Position numbers and translations under genes: made by a program. Shown in pieces: positions 1 to 6,771 of a stretch of DNA of 12,425 bases. The stretch comes from Patescibacteria group bacterium (lineage in GTDB: Bacteria > Patescibacteriota > Minisyncoccia > Phycocordibacterales > JBBUBG01). Where the stretch lies: the NCBI GenBank assembly GCA_040384765.1, contig JAZKIQ010000010.1, forward strand, positions 80,872 through 93,296, in the 5' to 3' direction. Under the pieces are notes generated by a model that worked only from the letters and a program-made list of their open reading frames with translations, had not been told where the DNA came from and did no database searches. Positions within the stretch are counted from its first letter, which is position 1; each line of letters starts with the position of its first letter.

Positions 1-2225
1 GGCTGACCATCAATGAGAAGCTTTGCTACCACATTGAAGTTATCAAGTGAGATCAAGTCTTTCTCGGTAAACTCGGGACCGAATATTTTAACAAACGTCT
101 CCTCGTCGGGATTTCCAATACGGAAGGTGACCATGGAGCCCACGTTTCCAAAAACAGCGTCTCGAATATCGTCGGTCAGCTGTCCAATAAACTGATGGGC
201 AAGGATTAGGTTCAGGCGATATTTGCGAGCCTCTGAAAGGATCGTTGAGATTGAGTCGGTCGTAAAGTTCTGAAACTCATCAATATAGAAATAGAAGTCT
301 TTGCGCTCCTCCTCCGCTATGTCAGTACGCGAAAGAGCCGCCATCAATATACGCCCCGTGATAACCATACCAAGAAGTTGTGCGTTGATATCACCAATCT
401 TTCCCTTTGCAAGCGAAACGAGCAGAATTTTTTTTGTATCCATCACGTCACGGAAGTTGAACGCGCTTTTAGGCTGGGCAACAATCGGACGGATAAAGTC
501 GTTCGCGAGGAAGGTGTTGAACTTTGAGGTGATGTACGGAGTAAAGTTGCCAAGGCTCTGGTCCCCTGTCATCTTTGGCACCTCTTTCTCCCAGAAGTCG
601 ATCACGTTTGGACTCTTGATTCTCGCAAGTTTTGCTTTGCGATACGGCTCATCGGTAAAAATACGCGGTACATCCACAAGTGTTGGCGGGTCATATGCCG
701 CGTCCTCCATCAGAAGCAAAAGGGAGTAGCGCAAGAACTGTTCAAACTGAGGACCACCTGTTGCCTTGAGATCGTAAAGGCGGTCAAAGATACCGAGAAA
801 TTCGTTAACAATAAAGGTCTTTTCCTCCGGATTCTCCATATTGTACTCAAGCATGTTGAGCGAAAGTGGCCTCTTTACGTCTGCCGGGTTGAATACAATC
901 ACGTCATCGATCCGGTCTTTTGGTACGTGCGACAAAATATCGTCGATGAGCCCCCCGTGAGGGTCGATCACGCAGATCCCCTTTCCAGCCTGCATATCCT
1001 GAATAGCCATCGGCAAAAGGAGAGATGAGGACTTTCCCGTTCCAGTCTGTCCGATCATATACACATGCCGGCGACGGTCTTCGTCTTTCATGCGCACGAG
1101 TCGTGCCTCGCCACGAAAAACACTCTCGCCAAGCACTATCCCCTCCGGAGAAAGGTTGAGTGGTGGCGGAGCCTCTCGGGTTTTGATCCATTTAATACGA
1201 GGAACATCGGTCGTAAATGTCGGCAGGTGAAACATGCTCGCGATCTCTTCCGTATTGAGGACAATCGCCTCGTACGGATCGTACTGGCGAAACGAAAAGC
1301 GCGAGAGGAGCGAGCCTTTATTTTTCTCTTTCTGAACGACAATACTGTTGCGAGTGGGCGTCGCAAACTGACTAAACGATCCAGCGATGGCAAGGACGAT
1401 ATCCTCTGCGCGGTCGTCAGAGTCGGCGCCAGCGATAATGCGAACATTCACGTTGAAAAGCGGCTTTGCCATCTTTGCAGTGAGAGCCTTTACCGCCTCC
1501 TCATCTACAAACACCTCTTTTTTTATCTGGTCTTTGTCATCTTCGGAATGGTCCATCTTGGTCATCGTACCGAGATGCTCGATGAGAGACTTTTCTCCCA
1601 AGATATCTCGCAAACTCTCTCCTTTCTTTAATTTCTTGAGCGCATCGAGAAACTTGGCCTTAATCTTTGGCTTTGCAGGGCGCATCACAAACTGGACAAC
1701 AGCCCCCTCACCTTCCTCTCGGAGCTTGGAAAGAGTACTCACGATAGGAGCAAACGTATCTATTGAAGCCTCGGCATAGGTGCGCAGCGGCACAATATCA
1801 TTATGAGCAAGCCGAAGTGTTGCCACTGATGCAGCACTCTTCGGAGCAAACAGCTCGTAGAACGGAGCACTTTCTACGTGAGCATTGGGGAAAAACCCTT
1901 GGACCTGGCGCATCACGAACTCGCTCTTCTCTTTGGGAACTGCAATATAGAAGTTGATCTCTTCACCGACAGAGTGTACCGCGATCTCAAGAGAAAACGG
2001 CACGTCGAGCGATGCGAGCGACGAAACGAGCTGCTCTGAAAGCGCTATCTCTTTCACCAGATCAGGATCCTTCTCGTTCTCCTTTTTGGCGAGCTTTACC
2101 CGCAACAGCTCCAGGCTGAGCGCCCGCGGATCGAATGCCCGTGCACGGATATACAGAAGATACAGTACGACAAGCGTACAGAACGTCAGAAGAAGAAACA
2201 GTCCAAAAAAGAAGACGGGCGTCAT
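1..2225 (-). CDS. Membrane-anchored type IV coupling protein-like ATPase (VirD4/TraD/TrwB-HerA/FtsK superfamily), 3'-partial, >740 aa
   Basis: Not in the ORF track because it has no stop inside the window. Manual translation from ATG at 2225: MTPVFFFGLFLLLTFCTLVVLYLLYI (TM helix), then RRRHVYMIGQTGTGKS (Walker A, 1029-1052), ICVIDPHG, FYFYIDEFQNF (Walker B, ~264-296), LSEARKYRLNLILAHQFIGQL and AVFGNVGSMVTFR, open to position 1. Confidence 0.9.
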   Translation of the reverse strand, partial: MTPVFFFGLFLLLTFCTLVVLYLLYIRARAFDPRALSLELLRVKLAKKENEKDPDLVKEIALSEQLVSSLASLDVPFSLEIAVHSVGEEINFYIAVPKEKSEFVMRQVQGFFPNAHVESAPFYELFAPKSAASVATLRLAHNDIVPLRTYAEASIDTFAPIVSTLSKLREEGEGAVVQFVMRPAKPKIKAKFLDALKKLKKGESLRDILGEKSLIEHLGTMTKMDHSEDDKDQIKKEVFVDEEAVKALTAKMAKPLFNVNVRIIAGADSDDRAEDIVLAIAGSFSQFATPTRNSIVVQKEKNKGSLLSRFSFRQYDPYEAIVLNTEEIASMFHLPTFTTDVPRIKWIKTREAPPPLNLSPEGIVLGESVFRGEARLVRMKDEDRRRHVYMIGQTGTGKSSSLLLPMAIQDMQAGKGICVIDPHGGLIDDILSHVPKDRIDDVIVFNPADVKRPLSLNMLEYNMENPEEKTFIVNEFLGIFDRLYDLKATGGPQFEQFLRYSLLLLMEDAAYDPPTLVDVPRIFTDEPYRKAKLARIKSPNVIDFWEKEVPKMTGDQSLGNFTPYITSKFNTFLANDFIRPIVAQPKSAFNFRDVMDTKKILLVSLAKGKIGDINAQLLGMVITGRILMAALSRTDIAEEERKDFYFYIDEFQNFTTDSISTILSEARKYRLNLILAHQFIGQLTDDIRDAVFGNVGSMVTFRIGNPDEETFVKIFGPEFTEKDLISLDNFNVVAKLLIDGQ

Positions 2226-2227
2226 AG

Positions 2228-2650
2228 CTAGATCAATCCTCTCGATTTGAGCTCGCTTACGAGCTGCTCCACGATAACTTTATGATATGCCTGGATGATA
2301 AACGGCGAATGCGACGGCAGCTCTTTTACTGCGGACTTAATCCCCTTATTGAAGGTCACCTCGATAAGACCGTTGAGCTTTTCGGAGTCCTCGCTCGAGA
2401 GCGCAGCCAAGTACGACTGCGATTGGGACGCCTGTGGGTGAAAACCACCAGCAGGGAGAGTGCCGAGCTCATCTTTAATGCTGTTCGCAAGTACGGCGTG
2501 CACTGTCTCCTCGGGACTCTCGATAATCTCGACCCCTTTCTCCTTCTCTACGTTGGCCTCCAAAACCCTTCTGCGTGCCTCTATCTGCTTCGAGAGTTCA
2601 GCAATTTCAGCCTCTACAATCTCCGGTTTGAATATCTGTTGTTCGAGCAT
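2228..2650 (-). CDS. Hypothetical helical/coiled-coil protein (140 aa), co-transcribed with the ATPase
   Basis: ORF MLEQQIFKPE...ELKSRGLI; its stop lies 2 nt before the ATPase ATG. Start moved to ATG 2650 because TATACT lies 6 nt upstream. Confidence 0.8.
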   Translation of the reverse strand: MLEQQIFKPEIVEAEIAELSKQIEARRRVLEANVEKEKGVEIIESPEETVHAVLANSIKDELGTLPAGGFHPQASQSQSYLAALSSEDSEKLNGLIEVTFNKGIKSAVKELPSHSPFIIQAYHKVIVEQLVSELKSRGLI

Positions 2651-2656
2651 GACTCT

Positions 2657-2662
2657 AGTATA
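2657..2662 (-). promoter_or_regulatory. -10 box (TATACT) of a probable leaderless transcript
   Basis: Minus strand reads gc-TATACT-agagtc-ATG. Confidence 0.6.
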
Positions 2663-2694
2663 GCGCATGCTCCAAAAACCACCTCCGATAGGAG

Positions 2695-2723
2695 TGTACA
2701 AAGCAGTATTTATGTGCTACATT
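2695..2723 (+). promoter_or_regulatory. Sigma70-type promoter for the tRNA-Arg pair
   Basis: TGTACA, 17-nt spacer, TACATT with extended -10 TG; 9 nt before the first tRNA. Confidence 0.55.
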
Positions 2724-2732
2724 TTCGTGACC

Positions 2733-2804
2733 GCTCTCGTCGTTCAATGGATAGGACATAAGCTTGCGGAGCTTGTAATGTAGGTTCGATTCCTACCGAG
2801 AGCA
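2733..2804 (+). tRNA. tRNA-Arg(GCG)
   Basis: Acceptor GCTCTCG/CGAGAGC, D-loop AATGGATA (A20 Arg identity element), anticodon arm TAAGC-TTGCGGA-GCTTG with GCG at 2766-2768, T-arm GTAGG-TTCGATT-CCTAC; no encoded CCA. Confidence 0.95.
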
Positions 2805-2813
2805 TCCTAAGAC

Positions 2814-2885
2814 GCACCCGTCGTTCAATGGATAGGACATATCCCTCCGAAGGATAAAATTGTGGTTCGATTCCACATGGGTGCA
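2814..2885 (+). tRNA. tRNA-Arg(CCG)
   Basis: Acceptor GCACCCG/TGGGTGC, anticodon arm TATCC-CTCCGAA-GGATA with CCG at 2847-2849, T-arm TGTGG-TTCGATT-CCACA; no encoded CCA. Confidence 0.95.
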
Positions 2886-2899
2886 CAAGAAAATCACCC

Positions 2900-2933
2900 A
2901 ACAAAAAACCGCCCTTCCGGGCGGTTTTTTGTT
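2900..2933. terminator. Bidirectional intrinsic terminator between the tRNA pair and rpsT
   Basis: Perfect 15-bp inverted repeat AACAAAAAACCGCCC-ttcc-GGGCGGTTTTTTGTT with a U-tract on both strands; touches the rpsT stop. Confidence 0.9.
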
Positions 2934-3174
2934 ACTTCGCTTTCTTGAAAGCTTTAACGAGGCGAGACTTCTTTCGTGCGGCTGTGTTTTTCTTGATCAG
3001 GCCACCCTTTACTGCTTTATCGATAGCCTGGTACGCCTTCGAGAGAGACTCCTTCGAGCGGTCAGCCCGAGCGTCTTTAATAGCCCCTTTGAGGGTATCT
3101 TTTCGGCGGAGATTTACTGCGCGCTTGCGAGCGCTTCCGCGGAGAGCCTTCTTGGCTGATTTCGTAATTGGCAT
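2932..3174 (-). CDS. rpsT: 30S ribosomal protein S20
   Basis: MPITKSAKKALR...AIDKAVKGGLIKKNTAARKKSRL is the classic bS20 signature; start at ATG 3174. Confidence 0.97.
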   Translation of the reverse strand: MPITKSAKKALRGSARKRAVNLRRKDTLKGAIKDARADRSKESLSKAYQAIDKAVKGGLIKKNTAARKKSRLVKAFKKAK

Positions 3175-3184
3175 ATGTGGAAAA

Positions 3185-3213
3185 AGGATACCAGAAAGTA
3201 GCGGAGAGCGCAA
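3185..3213 (-). promoter_or_regulatory. rpsT promoter
   Basis: TTGCGC, 17-nt spacer, TG-g-TATCCT, then 10 nt to the ATG. Confidence 0.65.
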
Positions 3214-3223
3214 GAGTTTTTTG

Positions 3224-3253
3224 CTTCATGTTTCATGCTTCATGTTCTATGAT
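3224..3253 (+). repeat. Heptamer tandem array (YTTCATG-like x4) forming the putative ruvA promoter
   Basis: cttcatg tttcatg cttcatg ttctatg at; TATGAT at 3248-3253 lies 6 nt before the ATG. Confidence 0.75.
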
Positions 3254-3259
3254 TACGGC

Positions 3260-3838
3260 ATGATTGGCATGCTTGAGGGCTCTATTTGGCACACGACCGA
3301 CCGAGCGGTGACGCTCGGCGTCGGCGGAGTTGGCTATATCATCTACGTCACCGAAGACACTCTTTTTGAACTTTCCACCTGGGGAGAGCGCCCTATTCGC
3401 CTCTTTACACACCTTGCAGTCCGGGAAGATGCGCTTGAACTTTTTGGTTTCCGTGCCGAAAAAGAGCTCCAGCTTTTCCAGATGATGATCAGCATCTCGG
3501 GCATTGGCCCGCGAAAAGCACTTGCGATTCTCTCTCTTGCCCCTACCGCCACCCTCACAAAAGCTATCGCAAATGGCGACACAGGGTACCTCACCAAGGT
3601 ATCGGGTGTGGGCCGGAAAAATGCTGAAAAAATTGTGATAGAGCTGCGCGAAAAGATGACCGGCTTCTTCGACGGCTCTGGCGGCGACCTCCAGGAAGAG
3701 GCCGATGTTATTGCAGCAATACAGGCGCTTGGCTATAGCGCAAGCGAAGCGAGAAACGCCCTCAAAGACATACCGGTTGATATCGTAGGTGCCGGCAACC
3801 GAGTGAAGGCAGCACTCCGCTCAATAGGAAAACAATAA
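3260..3838 (+). CDS. ruvA: Holliday junction branch migration protein RuvA
   Basis: MIGMLEG...GGVGY...LFTHLAVREDALELFGF, HhH motifs ISGIGPRKAL and VSGVGRKNAEKIVIELREK, C-terminal ALGYS domain. The track start at 2945 overlaps rpsT and is rejected. Confidence 0.96.
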   Translation: MIGMLEGSIWHTTDRAVTLGVGGVGYIIYVTEDTLFELSTWGERPIRLFTHLAVREDALELFGFRAEKELQLFQMMISISGIGPRKALAILSLAPTATLTKAIANGDTGYLTKVSGVGRKNAEKIVIELREKMTGFFDGSGGDLQEEADVIAAIQALGYSASEARNALKDIPVDIVGAGNRVKAALRSIGKQ

Positions 3839-3846
3839 ACGCACCC

Positions 3847-5127
3847 ATGGACTCGATTCTTCGTTTCGCAAAAAAACTGATTCCGCGATCGCTCTTTGGC
3901 GCTGTTGCTCCGACCTACCACTATCTACTCGCACTTCTTGCGGCACTCGCGTACCGCTTCCCCGGCCACTCCATCACCGTGGTGATGGTCACCGGCACCA
4001 AAGGCAAATCAAGCACACTCGAGTTTTTAAACGCAATGCTTGAGGCCGATGGAAAGCGCACCGCCCTCGCCTCGACCATACGCCACAAGATCGGCGAAAA
4101 GAGCGAGAAGAATATGTCAAAAATGACGATCCAGGGTCGCTTTTTTCTTCAGCGCTTTCTCCGCGAAGCGGTAGATGGCGGCTGCTCCGTCGCCCTTATC
4201 GAAATGACCTCTGCCGGCGCAAAGCAGTTCCGCCACAAATGGATCGACCTCGATGCGCTTATCGTCACCAATGTGTCGCCGGAACATATTGAAGACCACG
4301 GATCGTACGAAAACTATCTAGCGGCAAAAATATCTATCGCGGAGGCGCTTGAACAGTCGAAAAAAAAGGACCGCGTCTTGGTGGTAAACGCTCTCGACAA
4401 AGAGCACGAAGCCTTCGAGCACGCAGCTCCGCATGCGCGAGCGATCCCCTTTTCACTCGACCAGGCAAAGCCATTTTCGCTCGAACGCGATTCATCCCAG
4501 ATCACTATTGAGCGAGAGCACCTTACGATCCGTCTCCCTGGCGATTTTAATGTCGCCAACTTTCTTGCGGCATACACCCTAGCACGGCACTGGGGAGTAT
4601 CGCTCACAACGATCGCCGCGGCCGCAGACTCTCTTCGGACAATACCCGGCCGCGTAGAAGATGTTTCGAAGGAGCTGCCCGGCACACCATTTTCGGTAAT
4701 CGTTGACTACGCACATACACCAGACTCCCTTGAAAACGTATACAAGGCCTTTCCAAACCAGCGAAAGATCTGCGTCCTCTCGGGGACGGGAGGCGGGCGA
4801 GACACCTGGAAACGCCCAGTAATGGGCGGCATCGCAGATACCTATTGCGCCGAGATCATACTTACCGACGAGGACCCGTACGATGATGACCCCAAAGAGA
4901 TCGTGAAAGATATTGCGAAAGGGATTGCAAAAAAAGAGTACACCGTAGAGATGAATCGGCGCCTCGCTATCCGCGAATCGATACAGAGAGCAAAGCCTGG
5001 TGACGTCATCCTTATTACAGGAAAAGGGACTGATCCGTACATCATGGGGCCACGAGGTACCAAAATTCCGTGGAGCGATCATGACGTAGCACTCGAAGAA
5101 CTCGAGCTCGTGAAGCATAGATCATAG
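3847..5127 (+). CDS. murE: MurE-family amino-acid ligase (UDP-MurNAc-tripeptide synthetase), lacking the canonical N-terminal domain
   Basis: VTGTKGKSST P-loop, TNVSPEHIEDH...Y..AK, GDFNVAN, PGRVE, VDYAHTPDSL, GGRDTWKRPVMG, GDVILITGKG. Confidence 0.92.
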   Translation: MDSILRFAKKLIPRSLFGAVAPTYHYLLALLAALAYRFPGHSITVVMVTGTKGKSSTLEFLNAMLEADGKRTALASTIRHKIGEKSEKNMSKMTIQGRFFLQRFLREAVDGGCSVALIEMTSAGAKQFRHKWIDLDALIVTNVSPEHIEDHGSYENYLAAKISIAEALEQSKKKDRVLVVNALDKEHEAFEHAAPHARAIPFSLDQAKPFSLERDSSQITIEREHLTIRLPGDFNVANFLAAYTLARHWGVSLTTIAAAADSLRTIPGRVEDVSKELPGTPFSVIVDYAHTPDSLENVYKAFPNQRKICVLSGTGGGRDTWKRPVMGGIADTYCAEIILTDEDPYDDDPKEIVKDIAKGIAKKEYTVEMNRRLAIRESIQRAKPGDVILITGKGTDPYIMGPRGTKIPWSDHDVALEELELVKHRS

Positions 5128-5139
5128 AACATAAACCAT
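5109..5139 (-). repeat. Heptamer array in inverted orientation, spanning the murE stop
   Basis: cgtgaag catagat catagaa cataaac cat; reverse complement atg gtttatg ttctatg atctatg cttcacg. Confidence 0.65.
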
Positions 5140-5141
5140 CG

Positions 5142-5176
5142 GCACCCCGATTCGCTTTGCGAATCGGGGTGCTTTT
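5142..5176 (+). terminator. Hairpin / intrinsic terminator after murE
   Basis: Perfect 14-bp stem GCACCCCGATTCGC-ttt-GCGAATCGGGGTGC followed by TTTT. Confidence 0.8.
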
Positions 5177-5179
5177 GCG

Positions 5180-5209
5180 CTTCATGCTTCATGATTTATG
5201 TTTTATGAT
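5180..5209 (+). repeat. Heptamer array forming the putative promoter of the downstream gene
   Basis: cttcatg cttcatg atttatg ttttatg at; TATGAT at 5204-5209 lies 6 nt before ATG 5216. Confidence 0.75.
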
Positions 5210-5215
5210 GCATCC

Positions 5216-6133
5216 ATGGCCGATAAACCCGACAAGCCTGCAGCGCCGGTAAAGCTCAACCCGATCCAAGATTTTTTTATCTTCCTCGGTATTTTGTTTC
5301 TTATGTTCGTGGTGTGGGTCTCAACAGGAGGACCCGAGCGATACATCTCCCGAGCCGGGCCATTTCTCAACCCTCCAGCACCGCTCGGCAGCGGTACCGC
5401 GTACGACCTCGGAGAAGAGAGCTACACCACCTCATCCGGAGACGGTACGATTCTTTCCAACTCTAATGTCGTCTACACCGGCCCAACTCCCGGCGTAGGA
5501 GCACCAAGCCAAGGGGAGGCAAAGCCCCTCTCTCCTGAGAGCGAATTTTTGCAAATAACTCTTCCTGCAGGGAGCACCGGCCTTTCCCTTTCAAATCTGT
5601 ATATCGAAGACAACACCGGTGTCCGTATCCGTGTACCAAACGGCGCCACTCTCACTTCGCTCGGCACCACCCCAGCAGAGCGGCCAATCGTGCTTGCTCC
5701 CGGTGAAAAGGCGTATGTCATTAGCGGCCGCTCCCCTGTTGGCGTCTCTTTCAGGCTCAACCGCTGCAGCGGATATTTGAGTCAGTACCAAAAATTCATA
5801 CCCTCCCTCCCCCTTGAATGCCCCCTTGCTGTAGAAGAGATCGTCTCTCCTCCTCAGTGCTCACTCTACACGCGCACTCTCTCAAGATGCACAACACCCA
5901 CAGACACCGCCCTGATCGAGCGATACACGGGAAACCCTGACTGTGGACGGATCGCCCTGACAAAACTCACCTATAGCGGCTGTGTTGATACGCACCGATA
6001 CGAAGCGGGATTCGAGCGACCCGAATGGCGCATCTATCTTGGCAGCACGAAGCGTCTTTGGGACAAGAGCAAGACAATTCGGCTCACTGATGGAAAGGGC
6101 CTCACGATCCTCACATTCACCAAGGGCAATTAG
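5216..6133 (+). CDS. Membrane-anchored extracellular hypothetical protein; lamin-tail-domain-like fold with a Cys-rich insert
   Basis: N-terminal TM FFIFLGILFLMFVVWV; Pro/Gly/Ser/Thr linker; LTD-like pattern EFLQI...LSNLYIED...VLAPGEKAYV...TIRLTDGKG; six Cys in the C-terminal half. Confidence 0.75.
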   Translation: MADKPDKPAAPVKLNPIQDFFIFLGILFLMFVVWVSTGGPERYISRAGPFLNPPAPLGSGTAYDLGEESYTTSSGDGTILSNSNVVYTGPTPGVGAPSQGEAKPLSPESEFLQITLPAGSTGLSLSNLYIEDNTGVRIRVPNGATLTSLGTTPAERPIVLAPGEKAYVISGRSPVGVSFRLNRCSGYLSQYQKFIPSLPLECPLAVEEIVSPPQCSLYTRTLSRCTTPTDTALIERYTGNPDCGRIALTKLTYSGCVDTHRYEAGFERPEWRIYLGSTKRLWDKSKTIRLTDGKGLTILTFTKGN

Positions 6134-6597
6134 AGTAGGTGGTACACAACGATACCAGCGGCCACTGACACATTGAGCGACTCTTTCATTCCTCGCATCG
6201 GGATCACCAGACACTCATCTGCAAGCTCGACAAGCTGCTGGCTCACTCCATCAACCTCATTTCCAAGGACAAGAATCGTAGGTCGAGAAAGCTTTGCCTC
6301 CGTATAGGGGTGAGATTTCGGCGTTTGCTCAAGTACGAACACCTCTACTCCCTCGTTCTTTTTACCTCGAAGAAAAAGCTCTGCATCGGAAACATGTTCC
6401 CAGGGAAGCTCTTTTTCTGAACCGAGTGCGGTCTTTGCAAAATCTTTTCGCGTTCGTCCAAAGCGATCGACGGGGGTCGGGGTAACGCCTGCGCAATATA
6501 TGCGAGAAATACCCACCGCATCTGCGGTACGGAAAATGGAACCCACATTATGGACACTTCTAATGTTGTCGAGAAAGAGGGACAGCTCGGGTTTCAT
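6130..6597 (-). CDS. SpoU/TrmH-family (SPOUT) RNA 2'-O-methyltransferase, catalytic domain only
   Basis: Motifs LDNIRSVHNVGSIFRTADA, LVLGNEVDGV and IPMRGMKESLNVSVAAGI. Start at ATG 6597; the track start overlaps tRNA-Lys. Confidence 0.92.
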   Translation of the reverse strand: MKPELSLFLDNIRSVHNVGSIFRTADAVGISRIYCAGVTPTPVDRFGRTRKDFAKTALGSEKELPWEHVSDAELFLRGKKNEGVEVFVLEQTPKSHPYTEAKLSRPTILVLGNEVDGVSQQLVELADECLVIPMRGMKESLNVSVAAGIVVYHLL

Positions 6598-6600
6598 TCG

Positions 6601-6636
6601 TGGACAAATAGTACATTTTATCCTATTATTTTGCAC
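6601..6636. promoter_or_regulatory. Overlapping divergent promoters for tRNA-Lys (+) and the methyltransferase (-)
   Basis: Plus strand: TGGACA(6601)-17 nt-TATTAT(6624-6629). Minus strand: GTGCAA(6636)-17 nt-TACTAT(6613-6608). Confidence 0.55.
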
Positions 6637-6648
6637 TGACCACCATAC

Positions 6649-6721
6649 CCGCCCATAGCTCATTCGGTAGAGCAGCTCCCTTTTAAGGAGTTGGTGCCTG
6701 GTTCGAATCCAGGTGGGCGGA
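6649..6721 (+). tRNA. tRNA-Lys(TTT)
   Basis: Acceptor CCGCCCA/TGGGCGG, D-arm GCTC/GAGC, anticodon arm GCTCC-CTTTTAA-GGAGT with TTT at 6682-6684, T-arm CCTGG-TTCGAAT-CCAGG; no encoded CCA. Confidence 0.95.
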
Positions 6722-6771
6722 CTAAAAAGTAAGAGCAGAGCACCTGTCACTGCTATGCTAAACTCATCCCT

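Noticed and set aside
1860-1980. Possible frameshift or pseudogene in the ATPase, since the track shows no ORF
   Set aside because: Manual translation stays in one frame through this region (…FYIAVPKEKSEFVMRQVQGFFP…), and the ATG, Walker A and window edge are in the same frame; the ORF is missing only because it runs off the edge.
13-2250. Plus-strand ORFs (301-729, 1065-1631, 1387-1779, etc.) and short minus-strand ORFs
   Set aside because: Shadows of the long minus-strand ATPase frame; no recognisable motifs.
2680-2696. Small hairpin CTCC-GATA-GGAG in the divergent promoter region
   Set aside because: Stem too short and imperfect to distinguish from chance.
2710-2904. 64-aa minus-strand ORF with an internal repeat (YVLSIERR twice)
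   Set aside because: It is the antisense of the two tRNA-Arg genes.
2945-3259. N-terminal extensions of RuvA, and similarly of RpsT, the methyltransferase (6598-6750) and TsaE, in the track
   Set aside because: They overlap rpsT, tRNA-Lys, promoters or a terminator; family homology starts at the downstream ATGs.
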